DNA of 64,000 bases from Kondoa subrosea (taxonomy: Eukaryota): positions 941,528 through 1,005,527 of the forward strand of contig BCIN01000008.1 of assembly GCA_039545335.1 (NCBI GenBank), given 5' to 3'. The notes below the pieces were generated by a model, which did not search any database, was not told where the DNA came from, and saw nothing but the letters and a program-made list of their open reading frames with translations. Made by a program: the position numbers and the translations under genes. Of the stretch, positions 14,186 to 24,959 are shown piece after piece. Position 1 is the first letter of the stretch. Each line of letters starts with the position of its first letter.

Positions 14186-17104
14186 TTAATTCCACAGCGA
14201 ATCGAGACCGCTCTGTTGCTGATACCGATTGAGGAGGTGGTCGCTGTTGTCCCCAATGGGGGAGGACGGTCGAGTATCGCCTCTAACACCCAACCAGGAA
14301 AGCACTTCGTCGCCGTTTGCCCTGCGCAAAACATCAACATGATGTTGGACCGTATAGTGAGCATCTTACCAATTAGCGATATCAAAAGATCCCATTGCTG
14401 CATCTAAATCTATTCCTTCAATATCCGTGCTCATCATACTGTTGGATCTGCCGTTCAAGGTAATTGCACTATCCAGCGGATTCGGAACATTCATCCAATC
14501 TTGTGTATCAGAAATTGGTGCAGAATTCGATGAAGAGGCTTGAAGCCGAGACAGAGAATTAGAGAAACTGGATGTAGACATGATGGATTCACTAGGAGTG
14601 ATTGCTGATGGAAATTGAGCCGGACTAGTACTTTGAGGTAATTGGGATACACCACATATTGGAAGACCTTGAAGACAGGAAATAGTTGTATTTATTGCAG
14701 GAAAAGCAGAGGAGAGCTGTTGTAAACTTTGTATGCAGAGATCGAGACTTTCTTTTTTGGGCCCATGAGCTATCTCTTGCATTGTTACTGCAGCAATGAC
14801 GACGCAGTACTCGAATAAGGCGGGTTGCGAGCGGCAAAGAGAAGGAGACTTGATCAGCAGGATCGACTGATGGAGACTTGTGAAAAGGGCTTCGGTACTG
14901 TTCGAAAATCCGGCCAGCCTAAAGCGAGTATTAAAGTGGCGCAAAAAGAACATATATCTCCAAAACCCACTGAAATTTCAAAGCCAATGTCACTAAAGTG
15001 TGACGAAATAAAGCTAATCCAGTCTTGTTTGGTGGTAGTATAGCCGTATCGCTTAATCGAAGATGTTGCGGTAGTGATGACTCCCACTGTGAAAGCCTCG
15101 CAAGAACATTTGGAATCTACCAAAGAGTGGTGAAATAATGTAACAAGACCTCTGTAACAGAGTACGAACCATGTTGGTGATTGTGCTTGATTGATTGAGC
15201 GAGGTATTGATGATCTTGCAGAGTTCCGAGCCAATCATACTCAGTTTCACTAGCTCTACAAACGTAGACAGCACGTGGTATCGCGCTATGCTAGTTTGCT
15301 GATGCTGAGAAAGCTGAGCAGGTAAAGGTCTCCATAATTCAACTTCTTCGGGGCCGACCGTGGATGGCAAAGGCAACTCTAGAGTTGAAGATTGCATCAA
15401 AGGTGTTTTGCCGATTCGCAGACTGATCAGAGTATCAAGGACCAAGAGACCATAGAAAGTGCGAAGAGCGTGAATTTGATCTTCGCCCTTATAGTAGGTA
15501 GATTCCGCTTTGCTTAGGCCTAGGTCAATAGCCATGTTGATGGCCAGAGCTGACGACTCAGTCAGCGCCTCGACATTTCCCATACACACGGACATTTCTA
15601 CTGACCTGCGTGGGCGCTGGCTAGTACTACAGATCCTTCGTTGAGATAGCCAAAAGAGATTAAGATCAGTGCTTGACAAGTAGGTAGTGACGAAGCTGGT
15701 AGAGCAAGAGTAGCAGCTAGACTCGCTCGCGCCAGCATTTTTGGTACTTCGAATCGCGCTTGAATGTCTGCATTGTTGAGATGAGGTAAAGCCAGGGCAA
15801 ACATGGCAAAGAGAAGTTCTGTTCTCATTCCCGCGTCATTGATCATCATTGATTTGCTGCTGTGTTCCGATTGCATGCACCAGGTTAATACTTTCTGCTT
15901 ATCGACAATTGGCAGGAAAGAATGGAAACCATCTTGCAAATAGGCATCCATAAGCGTTATCATGATATGCTCATCTGGAAGTTGTAGATCTGCGATTGAT
16001 GGTGGTGCTTTGATTTCGACTGGAACTGATAGGCGGTACGGACTGGTCGAATTAGCCAATAGCGAAGCGTATGAAGTAGCACCGAAATCGATTGAAGCTG
16101 CAGGTAGCAGAACAGACTCATGCTTTGAAGGAGAGGGTGGCGGCTGTAGAGAGGGATCAAGAAGCATCGGGAATGATGCTGGCGGGAGAGCATCGCTGCT
16201 TTGCCATATTGGAGGAAGTACATCAAAAATTGTAGGGAGTTGCTTTGGAGGCAAGACTAAGTCGTTCGTAAACAGACTTGAATCCAAAGGAGGCAATTGT
16301 AGGTCCGATTGAGGCGAATGAATTGGCTCTTGAGAGAAAGAAGGGCCGGCAGGTGGTAGAGCGGAAGTGCTTATACGGCGCTTCTTGTTGCGATTAGAAG
16401 TGTCGTCCTCCTCCTCTTCCGTCGTTTTGCTGTCAAGCCATGGTGCAACGATGCTACTTTTCCAAGCTTCAAAGGCCACATCTTCAGATGGTGAAGTTGG
16501 TAGACTATCATCTAATAGCGCAGATAAAGCTGAAGCTAGGTCGGGATAGAGGATAAGAAGGCTGCCAAAGATAATTTGCAAATGTCGTAGCTGGAGAGAT
16601 GCTTGAGAAGCAAGTTTTGAATAGCCAGCCGTAGGCCCTCGACGTTTTGCTGGCCTGACAAAGAGGTAATACGAATCAGCTTTGGACTAATCGCAATACT
16701 TGAGACAAGAAAGAGGCTCGAGAAGTGCGTGTATCCGAGAAACAGTGCGCAAGAGAGCAAGCATGTTGGAGCGAAAAGGACGACAGGGTAGCAGGAAGAA
16801 GTGGAAACTCACTTGGTATAGGTGCAATCGGGTCCTTTACCAGCTGCAAGACACTGTCCACAGGCAGGCTGCTCCGCACTTTTGACATAAATCAGCTTCT
16901 CCGGACAATACTCCAGGCTCGCGGACTCACTCGCATTTCCTGCGTTTGCGCGAGCACGGACTAATGAAACCATCAGTGAAAGGTTTACCGAAACGCTACG
17001 CTCTTACTCGCAGGCTTTCGTGACTCTTTTGCGAGCTAAATGCAGGACAAATGTTGAGCCTGGCTTGGCCAATACAACGACCTGGACGCACTGGTATCGG
17101 CCAT
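14186..17104 (-). CDS. Zn(II)2Cys6 transcription factor with fungal-specific TF domain (QutA/qa-1F-like activator)
   Basis: Spliced microexons give RKRVTKAC-x-PCSRKRRKC...PACGQCLAAGKGPDCTY. Middle homology region: YLQDGFHSFLPIVDK, LAINMAIDLGL, RTFYGLLVLDTLISLRIGK. Divergent from the repressor-like gene. Confidence 0.85.
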
Positions 17105-17307
17105 TCGGCACCGTTTGTATGATGTGTCCGCCTAGCTGACCCTCTTGCGTCGCTCCTCAAAGTGCCGACTCGCGGTGTCTAATCAAAATATTGGATCCCC
17201 CGAGTCCAAGCCAAGCTGCGATTGGCAAGCAGTAACGGAATCCAAGTTGCTGCTAGTGCTGAAGAATATAACTGCGCACTGCTTTCCGAGAAGTCTACTC
17301 AGCACGA

Positions 17308-19793
17308 ATGGATACTGTTTCCTCAAGGTCAGCATCGGAAACAAATCTCCATGGACTTTCGGCGCTGGCATTAGCTGCACAGCAACAAAGTACTGGATGC
17401 TTCGCTGAGGTATGACTTGAGCTGCGCTTTGTGTCTAAAACCTCATTCGCTGCAAGGATGCAAGTCTGATCTTACTGGGAGGAAGAGCATCGGGCAAAAC
17501 CACCATTGGCTTACTTACATCTACCTTTTTGCACTGGCCTCTTATCGACGCGGATAAGCTTTATGAAAAGATCTATCATTGCTCCATTGCCGAATCCGTC
17601 GCGAAACAAGGCTTTCCCTTATTTCGTGATCGAGAAGAAGCTATGTTGCGCAAACTGTTGGATCTGTATCCCCAGGTAAGCATGAGTAAGTGCGTTATAT
17701 TTGGTAGCTGAAATTCTTCGTTATCAAGAAAACGGTCATTGTGCTAGGCGCCGGTATCGTCGAACGTGAAGCCAACAGACGACAGCTTAAATCCTGGGGC
17801 GAGTCTGGGAAACCAGTCATACACGTATGCCGAGATCCGTCTTCGGTTTTGGCACATCTTTCGCGGCGTATATCTCGTTCTACGTATGCCAACTTAGAGG
17901 AGGAATACGATCAAGGTATATATCGCTATTTGAGAAAGGTCTGGCTCGCTGACATGTGTCGTCAGTCTGGCGAAGACGTCTGCCTCTCTGTCAGTAACCA
18001 AAAGTGAGATTGGCGAGAATCGCTTACCCATTTTTTCTCTAGATGTGGAAAGCTCGAATGCGGAATTCTTCAATCTCGAAGCTTGTCTACCCATAGATAG
18101 TCCAGCGTCCACTCTCGCTCTTAAGCCAGTCGAAAAGGCCGTTCGTCAATTCCTGGTTCACATCTATGGCCTGGTACCCTTGGTGAAGCCGTTGGATTTG
18201 AGTTGGACTGCGCCTCGTTCTTTATGTCTAGTCCTAGATGGATCGTCGACGGCAGCTATGGATGCAGAAGTATTAGACAAAGCTTGTGCTGGAGTTCAAG
18301 CGGTCGAATTTCGAGTTGACAAGGCTGATTGTTCTGATGGAATTGCAAGGCATGCAAATGGACATTCGGAAAGTCTTGGTTGGTTCCCTATCTTCCGGAC
18401 ATTATCTTTCTTGCGGCAAAATTCTGGTTTACCAATTGTCTTCACTCTTCGAACGAAATCTCAAGGCGGACGCTTTGCCGCCAGCAGATCCGAATACATC
18501 CAACTTATTGATCAAGCATTCCGGTCATGTTGCGAAATAGTTGATATCGAATTGATCTTGTCGGATGGGGAAATAAACTCGCTCATGAAAAAGAGAGGCC
18601 GGTCGAAGGTTATAATGACATACTGTTGGTCCGATGCTGAGCAATACATACAATGGAATGGTATTGAGGTTCAAGAGATGTATGAGCGGGCGAAGAGATT
18701 GGGTGCAGATGTTATAAAACTAATCAAACCAGCAAGAAACATCTCGGACAATTTTGCAAGCTTGTCTTTACAAGAATCTTTGGCTGACAGAAACGATATT
18801 CCTCTGATTGCTCTCAACTCTGGTGGCCTTGGACGGATGTCGTATCTATTCAATTCGCTCCTCACATCGGTCAATGCAACAAGCGATTTGTCTATTCAAG
18901 ATGAATTTCTTTTTTCGGCTTCAGACTTGCGCCAAGCCTGGCTGCTCAACGGAATCTCGACAGTGAAAACAATACGGTACTCTCCTACCCAATCAACAAA
19001 CAACAACCACCCAATGCAACTCATCCAAAACGCTATAGCTAAGCTCAATCTGCCTGTCGAATGCAAGACCACTCAAGAGCAGATGTCAAATATCCACTTA
19101 GATACGCATTGCGCAGGAGCTCTCGTTGAAATGCAGCGTTCGGATAGCCTTGAGCAATGCTCTGCGGCTGTAGCATCGATTGGCCATGGCGATACAATTC
19201 TAGCAGAATACAAGACTGCTTCATTCGCCGTCAAACAGCAACAGCCTACTGTCGGCCATTCTGGGTTCTATCTTGAAAATCTCCGCTCGAAGGCTATATT
19301 CAATTGTCTGACCACAAACCTCTCTCCCGTCAACGCCATAGGCTCTGCAAGTACCGCAGTAATTGTTGATGCTCACAGCAAATCTCATCGCGAAGTCCTC
19401 TACAGTCTCGCGTCTCTAATGGATATCAGTCTCATCTTCACTGTCAACTGTTCCCCTGCAATCCTCGATTTCGCTTCATCTCTTTCGCTCCCTTCGTCTG
19501 CAAGTCTCCAAATCATACAAGCTCCTTCCCTCGATCAGATACCTCAACAACAGGCGCATCGTTCGCCTAGCATTATTATATTCTGCGACCAAACTAGTGA
19601 ACTACCTCCGGCGTTGGTTGATACACCTACTGGAGGAACAATACTGGCTCTCGGCTCTCAGAAAGGAAAGTCTCGAGCAGACGGTTGGATTGAACTTGGT
19701 TCGGCATCTGTCGAACAGGAATTGGTGGCACTTCAATTCGAGGCTCTCACTGGTCAAAGATTGCCTCAAGGAAACGTCGAGAACAAGGTGTAG
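17308..19793 (+). CDS. qutR: Quinate repressor-like protein (QutR/qa-1S-like): shikimate kinase + type I DHQase + shikimate dehydrogenase-like domains
   Basis: P-loop LILLGGRASGKTTIG, FRDREEAML, VLGAGIVE; DHQase-I-like AVEFRVD, LPIVFTLRTKSQGGRF, DIEL, DVIKL; degenerate dehydrogenase C-terminus. No DHQ synthase or EPSP synthase domains. Confidence 0.8.
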
Positions 19794-19874
19794 GTACAGC
19801 AGCAATGAAGCGGCCCATACAATTGAACATAGATCTTTTCCTTGTACATTAGACACGAGTTTCTTATATAAATA

Positions 19875-20567
19875 TCATGATCTGGCAGCCTTCCGTTCAG
19901 CAGCTCGTTGAATAGCAAGACGAAGACCAAGCTCGTATCCAAAATAGCCGGCTCCTATTATTGTACCTGCACAAACTCGCGCGACAGTACTTTTATGACG
20001 GAACTGTTGTAATTTGATTAGCTGTAGCAATGAATGGCAGAAACAGAGACGAACTTCTTCTCGATTATGCACGTTAGATTGATGTACTTCAATGACAGGA
20101 GTCGGGGTTGCTTCAATTGCGTCATGCAGGGCATAAGAATAATGAGTGTAAGCACCTTTGAATTGATTAGCATCGGCAGATCGTAATCGATCAAGAAGAT
20201 GATTACCAGGGTTGAAAACTACACCCGCCAGACATCGCGAGTATTGTATAAGCTCGCAAAGTTCTCCTTCGTAATTCGATTGCGCGCAGACACTGCAATA
20301 GACATGTGAGATGAGCACAAAATCAGATATCTTTCAAAAGCTTACACCTTAACTCCTAGCTCAGCTCCAAATGCTGTTAGCTTCTCCTCCATATCTGCAA
20401 GCGTCAAAGTAGCGTATCTTCTCAAATTTACGATCAGGTCGAGTCTCAAGACAAAGCCATAGCACTTACGAGCCTGCTGCATCTTCGCGATACCCAAAGA
20501 GATTGTGATTGACGCTGTGCAGGAAAAGAAAAGTATCTTCCTCTCGATCTTTCTTCAGTGCTTCCAT
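19875..20567 (-). CDS. qutE: Type II 3-dehydroquinate dehydratase (QutE/qa-2-like)
   Basis: Spliced product: FLHSVNHNLFGYRE...QSNYEGEL...VFNPGAYTHYSYALHDAI...IEVHQSNVHNREEFRHKS...GYELGL. Confidence 0.92.
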
Positions 20568-20631
20568 TGGGTCAACTTTGCTCAAGCGGGTAACTCCAAC
20601 TTTTTTCTTGAATTGGTTGCTCGATTCTCCA

Positions 20632-21820
20632 TTAGGTGAAGACTTCTTTTGTACTAGATCTTCCGCTTCGATTTTCTGAAAAGCAAACCCTTTAGATGAT
20701 GGTAAGAAAGTAAACGCTGCACATACTGGCTTATCAGCTTCAGCCAGGAATACTCGTACATCTTCTTCGACTTTGCCTAGACTAGTCTTGCCTTGCCAGA
20801 CTATATGGAACTGCTGTCAGCTCCTTCTCATCAGACAAATGGAACGAAGCTTACGATACTGCTGAGCTAAACCTTGCTCAATCATAGCTTCAATACCAGA
20901 GACCACTGTCCAATTCCTATCTTGAGCATTCTGCATCATCGAAGTCCATCTTGGCTGTTTATAATTATCAGCAAAGTGCCAAAGACAGGGCTACCGGATA
21001 TCAAACTCACTTTGTAGCACATTTCAAGGAAATGTCTACCCTTGAAATCATCTTCAGGTTGAGCATGGTCTTTGAGCTCGAGCAAGAACTTGGCAATAGT
21101 GTAAACCATCTTTTCTTCTTCTGTAACAGGATCTATAGCTGGAATAGCACCAACGCCCAAACGTAATCGAGAACCAGATTGTTGTAAATTTGTAGTCTCT
21201 TCACGTGCTTGTTCGAGCGAAGTAAGGTGGATAATCTTGAATTGAGGATAGTGCTTCACCACCGCTGCTGTCTCGTTGGCATCGCGGTTGAGTAAGAAGA
21301 TAGTGTCTATGCCTAGGGACTGTAAAGCGAAGACAGAAGCTAGCGTCGTTCCACCGCCCCCAATGATGAAAGAATAGGAAGGGGAAGTTGCAGGGAAGAT
21401 AGGTTTAGTAGAATCTGCAAGATAATCTTGATATTTTGGATTCTCTTGAGCTATTGAACGAAGAAGAGCGTTACGAACGCCTAAGTAATCTGTATTTGTG
21501 CCAACGAGCAGAGGTTCTTGCTTCCCTTCCTCAAATTCCAGGTAAACAGTGTTGCAGGATCCTATTGCTTTGCTTGCAGGAGCCAGCTTGTCTACATACT
21601 GTAGCACTTCGACTTTGTTAGGCATCGTCACAGCGCATCCGCCAAAATCAGCACGTTTGACCAATTGCTGAAAGCGAGATGATGCAATTGACTTGGCTTC
21701 TTCCAATTCATACTGATGCGTTGGAAGACCGGAGTTGTCAAAGATGTAATTATGCAGAGCGGGAGCGCTGCTATGTGAGATAGGAAAGCCAAAGAGATAG
21801 AATTTCGGTCGACCGTCCAT
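20632..21820 (-). CDS. qutB: Quinate/shikimate 5-dehydrogenase (QutB/qa-3-like)
   Basis: YLFGFPISHSSAPALHN, GCAVTMPNK, IGSCNT, GTNTDYLG, IIGGGGTT, EMCY, GIEAMIEQG. Confidence 0.92.
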
Positions 21821-21974
21821 GTCAATGGATAGATTAAAGATGAAGAGCTTGAAGATGGTTTGGTTGCTTTGACAGGCGGAAAGCAAGAGAGCGGAAGACC
21901 GCAACGCAAAATACGGTGTCTCAAAATCGATCAGCCGCATGTCTCTCATTTGCTAATACAGCGTCAATCTTCGC

Positions 21975-23478
21975 CTACAACGGCCTTTCGTAATCAATCC
22001 GCTCAACACGTTTCCAAACTTCCTTCGCAACCCTTTCTTGACATTGACGAGGCGTTGAACCATCTTCACCCGAACAACCTCGCAGACAAAGATACAATCT
22101 CGAGCCTAGACCTGCAATAGGTAGCGGAGCATCTAGATCCTCGGGTGGGTTAGCAGAGAAAGTAACGCCGCTGTCTTAATGTTAATAACGATATCAAGGC
22201 AAAAGACGGCCACCGCACCCAGCTTCCGAAAGAATAATCATTCCAGCCTGGCAAGATAGAATGAGCTCAACGAATAACGAGGATTCGCATACCGCTACAT
22301 CCCACTCCCTATCAAGTAATTTGTTTTAGAATAGATCACATATTCTGATATCCAGACTTACCAACATCCTCCTTCCCAAAAACAATCTATTGATCCAGTC
22401 GCGACATATGCGATATCAAGTGCGGCAGATCCTAAGCTTCGAATACCATGTACCATACCTGATCAGAGCATTTCAGCTAACGATTGCTTCTAAAGATGTC
22501 GATCCACTAACCGCCTTTACCACCTCGAGAACCATACTGACAAGCCATATTCCAGAAGGACCTCACTTTCCTTGATAATTTCCCATCAAGGTCATCTTGT
22601 CTTTGTTTTCCCCACTGGACATACATATAAGTAAGCTAATGATATACTGTAGAAAGCGATCCTCGACATACTTCACAGGCAAATAAGCAACCTTTAGGTG
22701 CATCGAAAGGAAATGGAGGTGCAGGTGATACGTAAGGAAGCTTGGTCGAATCACTTGTAGGAGGCCAGGAGAAGTGAGGGTTCAGTGAAGAAGACTCGAT
22801 AATAGTCAAGTAGGATCCATGGTTGAGAATTCCAGAGAAGAGAGTCATTCCTGCATTCTTTGCTATTCCACCTAAACATGGAGCAAGAATACAGCCAACG
22901 ACAGGTTGGCCTCTATCCTAATGTGAGCAGAAGCATACGAAGGAAAGGCGGAACAAACTTAAGACAGAGCGCGACAGACTGGGAAGAAGATCAATGGACA
23001 GCAGACATTGTTGAGCTAATGACAGACTATACACCAATTAGGGAAGAGGCTGCGAGTACAGATAAGCACATAGACTATAACAGAAAAGCGAACGTAGAGC
23101 TACTGTGTCCAATTCACCGTGCCGTCGACTGCGGTAAATGAGCAACAGGAAGTGAGACAAGCGTAGCAGCGGACTAGGATCTATTATCCAGCATGGCCTA
23201 GAGTCCTCGACCAAATATCTCTTGCTTCCGCTTACATCGTAGCTCTCTTCACCAATAATCTGATGATCTGGATAACGAGCAAGAATGGAAGAACGGATCA
23301 GTTCTTCGACGTCTGTATCTGCCTTGGTAACGAGATCTGCTGAATTCGCCTTTACTCTTATCGACAATTCTTGAGCGGTATTCCGTGTTCTTGCTTGAGC
23401 TTGTTCTATAAGAAACAGGCCTGCTTGATGTAGGAGCTCTGCAAGAAAGGTATGTGCTTCTATCAAGTCAAGCGACAT
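21975..23478 (-). CDS. qutG: Inositol monophosphatase-family protein (QutG/qa-X-like)
   Basis: ADLVTKAD, IIGEES, WIIDP.DGTVN, EWDVA.AG.IILSEAG; C-terminus GSRLYLCLRG...QERVAKEVWKRVERIDYERPL resembles QutG/qa-X C-termini. Confidence 0.85.
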
Positions 23479-23921
23479 CAGTCAAGGTCGAAGTTGGAAG
23501 CAAGCACGGTGCGCGATTTTCACAATTAACTACTATCAGCTCCGGCAAGTTTGACTCAAGTTTGCTTCATTCCATTGAATCTCAACAAGATACTTGTACT
23601 AAACCTATTCGACATTACCTCGCGTCTGAAGTGGATTATAGAACAGTTATGGTCCCTTGCACTATTCACTCCCAAGTTAGCGACGGAGAGAGACTGTAAC
23701 AAGGAGTAGATACCTTTGATCAAGGATGTACTTCGAAAAATTCCCGAGCCATCTCTGTATCCGCCTAAGTTGCGAATCTTGGTCTGTGCTTAATTTAGAC
23801 TACGTGACGACGATTTGACTGTAGGTTCGTGACCACCACCTTGAGCTTCGTCTGAAGAAGAATGCGTAAGCGTAAGCACGATGACGCCGATCCTGCTGGT
23901 ATTCCCTTTTATCCCGGTCTG

Positions 23922-24566
23922 TCAGGACTGATTCTCCTCCAGGAGTAGACTCTTTTTGACTATCCAATCAGTTTGTATGTCCTAAGTAGGACAATTCAAT
24001 CAAACTAGCTGTCGAACGAGGTAAAAGCTGGGCTCACACCACCAACATCGAAATCATGTTGACCACAGATTTCAAGGCCTTGTTTCTTATAAAATCGTAA
24101 GGCTTTCGCATTTTCCTGCTAAACGTTCAGCTCTACATACGAGAGCATAACAGATATGTATTACCTGCCAAACACCAAGCCATAGTTCTTCATAACCTTG
24201 ATCTCGAGCCCAAGCTTCCGCTTCTTGCATCAACGACTGAGCAATCCCTTTCCCATGATAATTGCTATCCACATACAACTTTTGCAATTCAACAGCTTTA
24301 GGACGAGTAATGCAAGGTTCAGTAGATCCAGAATTCATTTCCGCATAACCAGCCAGTTTCCCATGATCAAAAGCCAAGATCCAACGACGTTTCGGATCTT
24401 CTATTTCAGATGTTAGAGCCGCGATCGAATAAGCGTCGTTGAGGTATTTATCCATTTGAGCTGGAGTGCATGAATGGGCAAAGCCTTGTCGGAAGCATCT
24501 GCATCCAAGATCGCTGATAGCCTGTGCGTCTTCAAGTGTCCCTATCCGATGAACAATATCGAGCAT
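23922..24566 (-). CDS. GNAT N-acetyltransferase (PaiA/spermidine acetyltransferase-like)
   Basis: ELQKLYVDSNYHGKGIAQSLM, LWLGVWQ-ENAKALRFYKKQG, QHDFDVG...DIQTDWIV. Confidence 0.85.
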
Positions 24567-24959
24567 AGCGAGCCAAGGGATTAGACAGTCTAGGAAACGA
24601 GTTGGACCGATTTGAGGTTATGTAGCGCGACTGCAAATAGCAGAACGGTCGGGACTGTTATGAATATGTTCTTTGATGCGATAGACAGCACTAGACCATG
24701 CAACAGCAAAGAGATACAGAATGATAAGTCGCTGTCATTAGTAAAGATGTTTTGTTGTCTAATGCACACAAGCAGCTACTCTTTGGCAAGTCTTTTGCAG
24801 CTATTGTTGCTTACCCTTGCAGTCACATATCATTCCAGTCTCATATTCTTGCAAGTTATTCAGCAGTGTATTCATCTCATTGCTTCTCTGAGACTGCTCG
24901 AGTTTCTATCAGCTGTGATTATCAGCTGTGATCATTCAGGAAAGGGAAAGGACTTACTT

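Noticed and set aside
17308..19793. Pentafunctional AROM (ARO1) call
   Set aside because: DHQ synthase and EPSP synthase domains are absent and catalytic motifs are degenerate.
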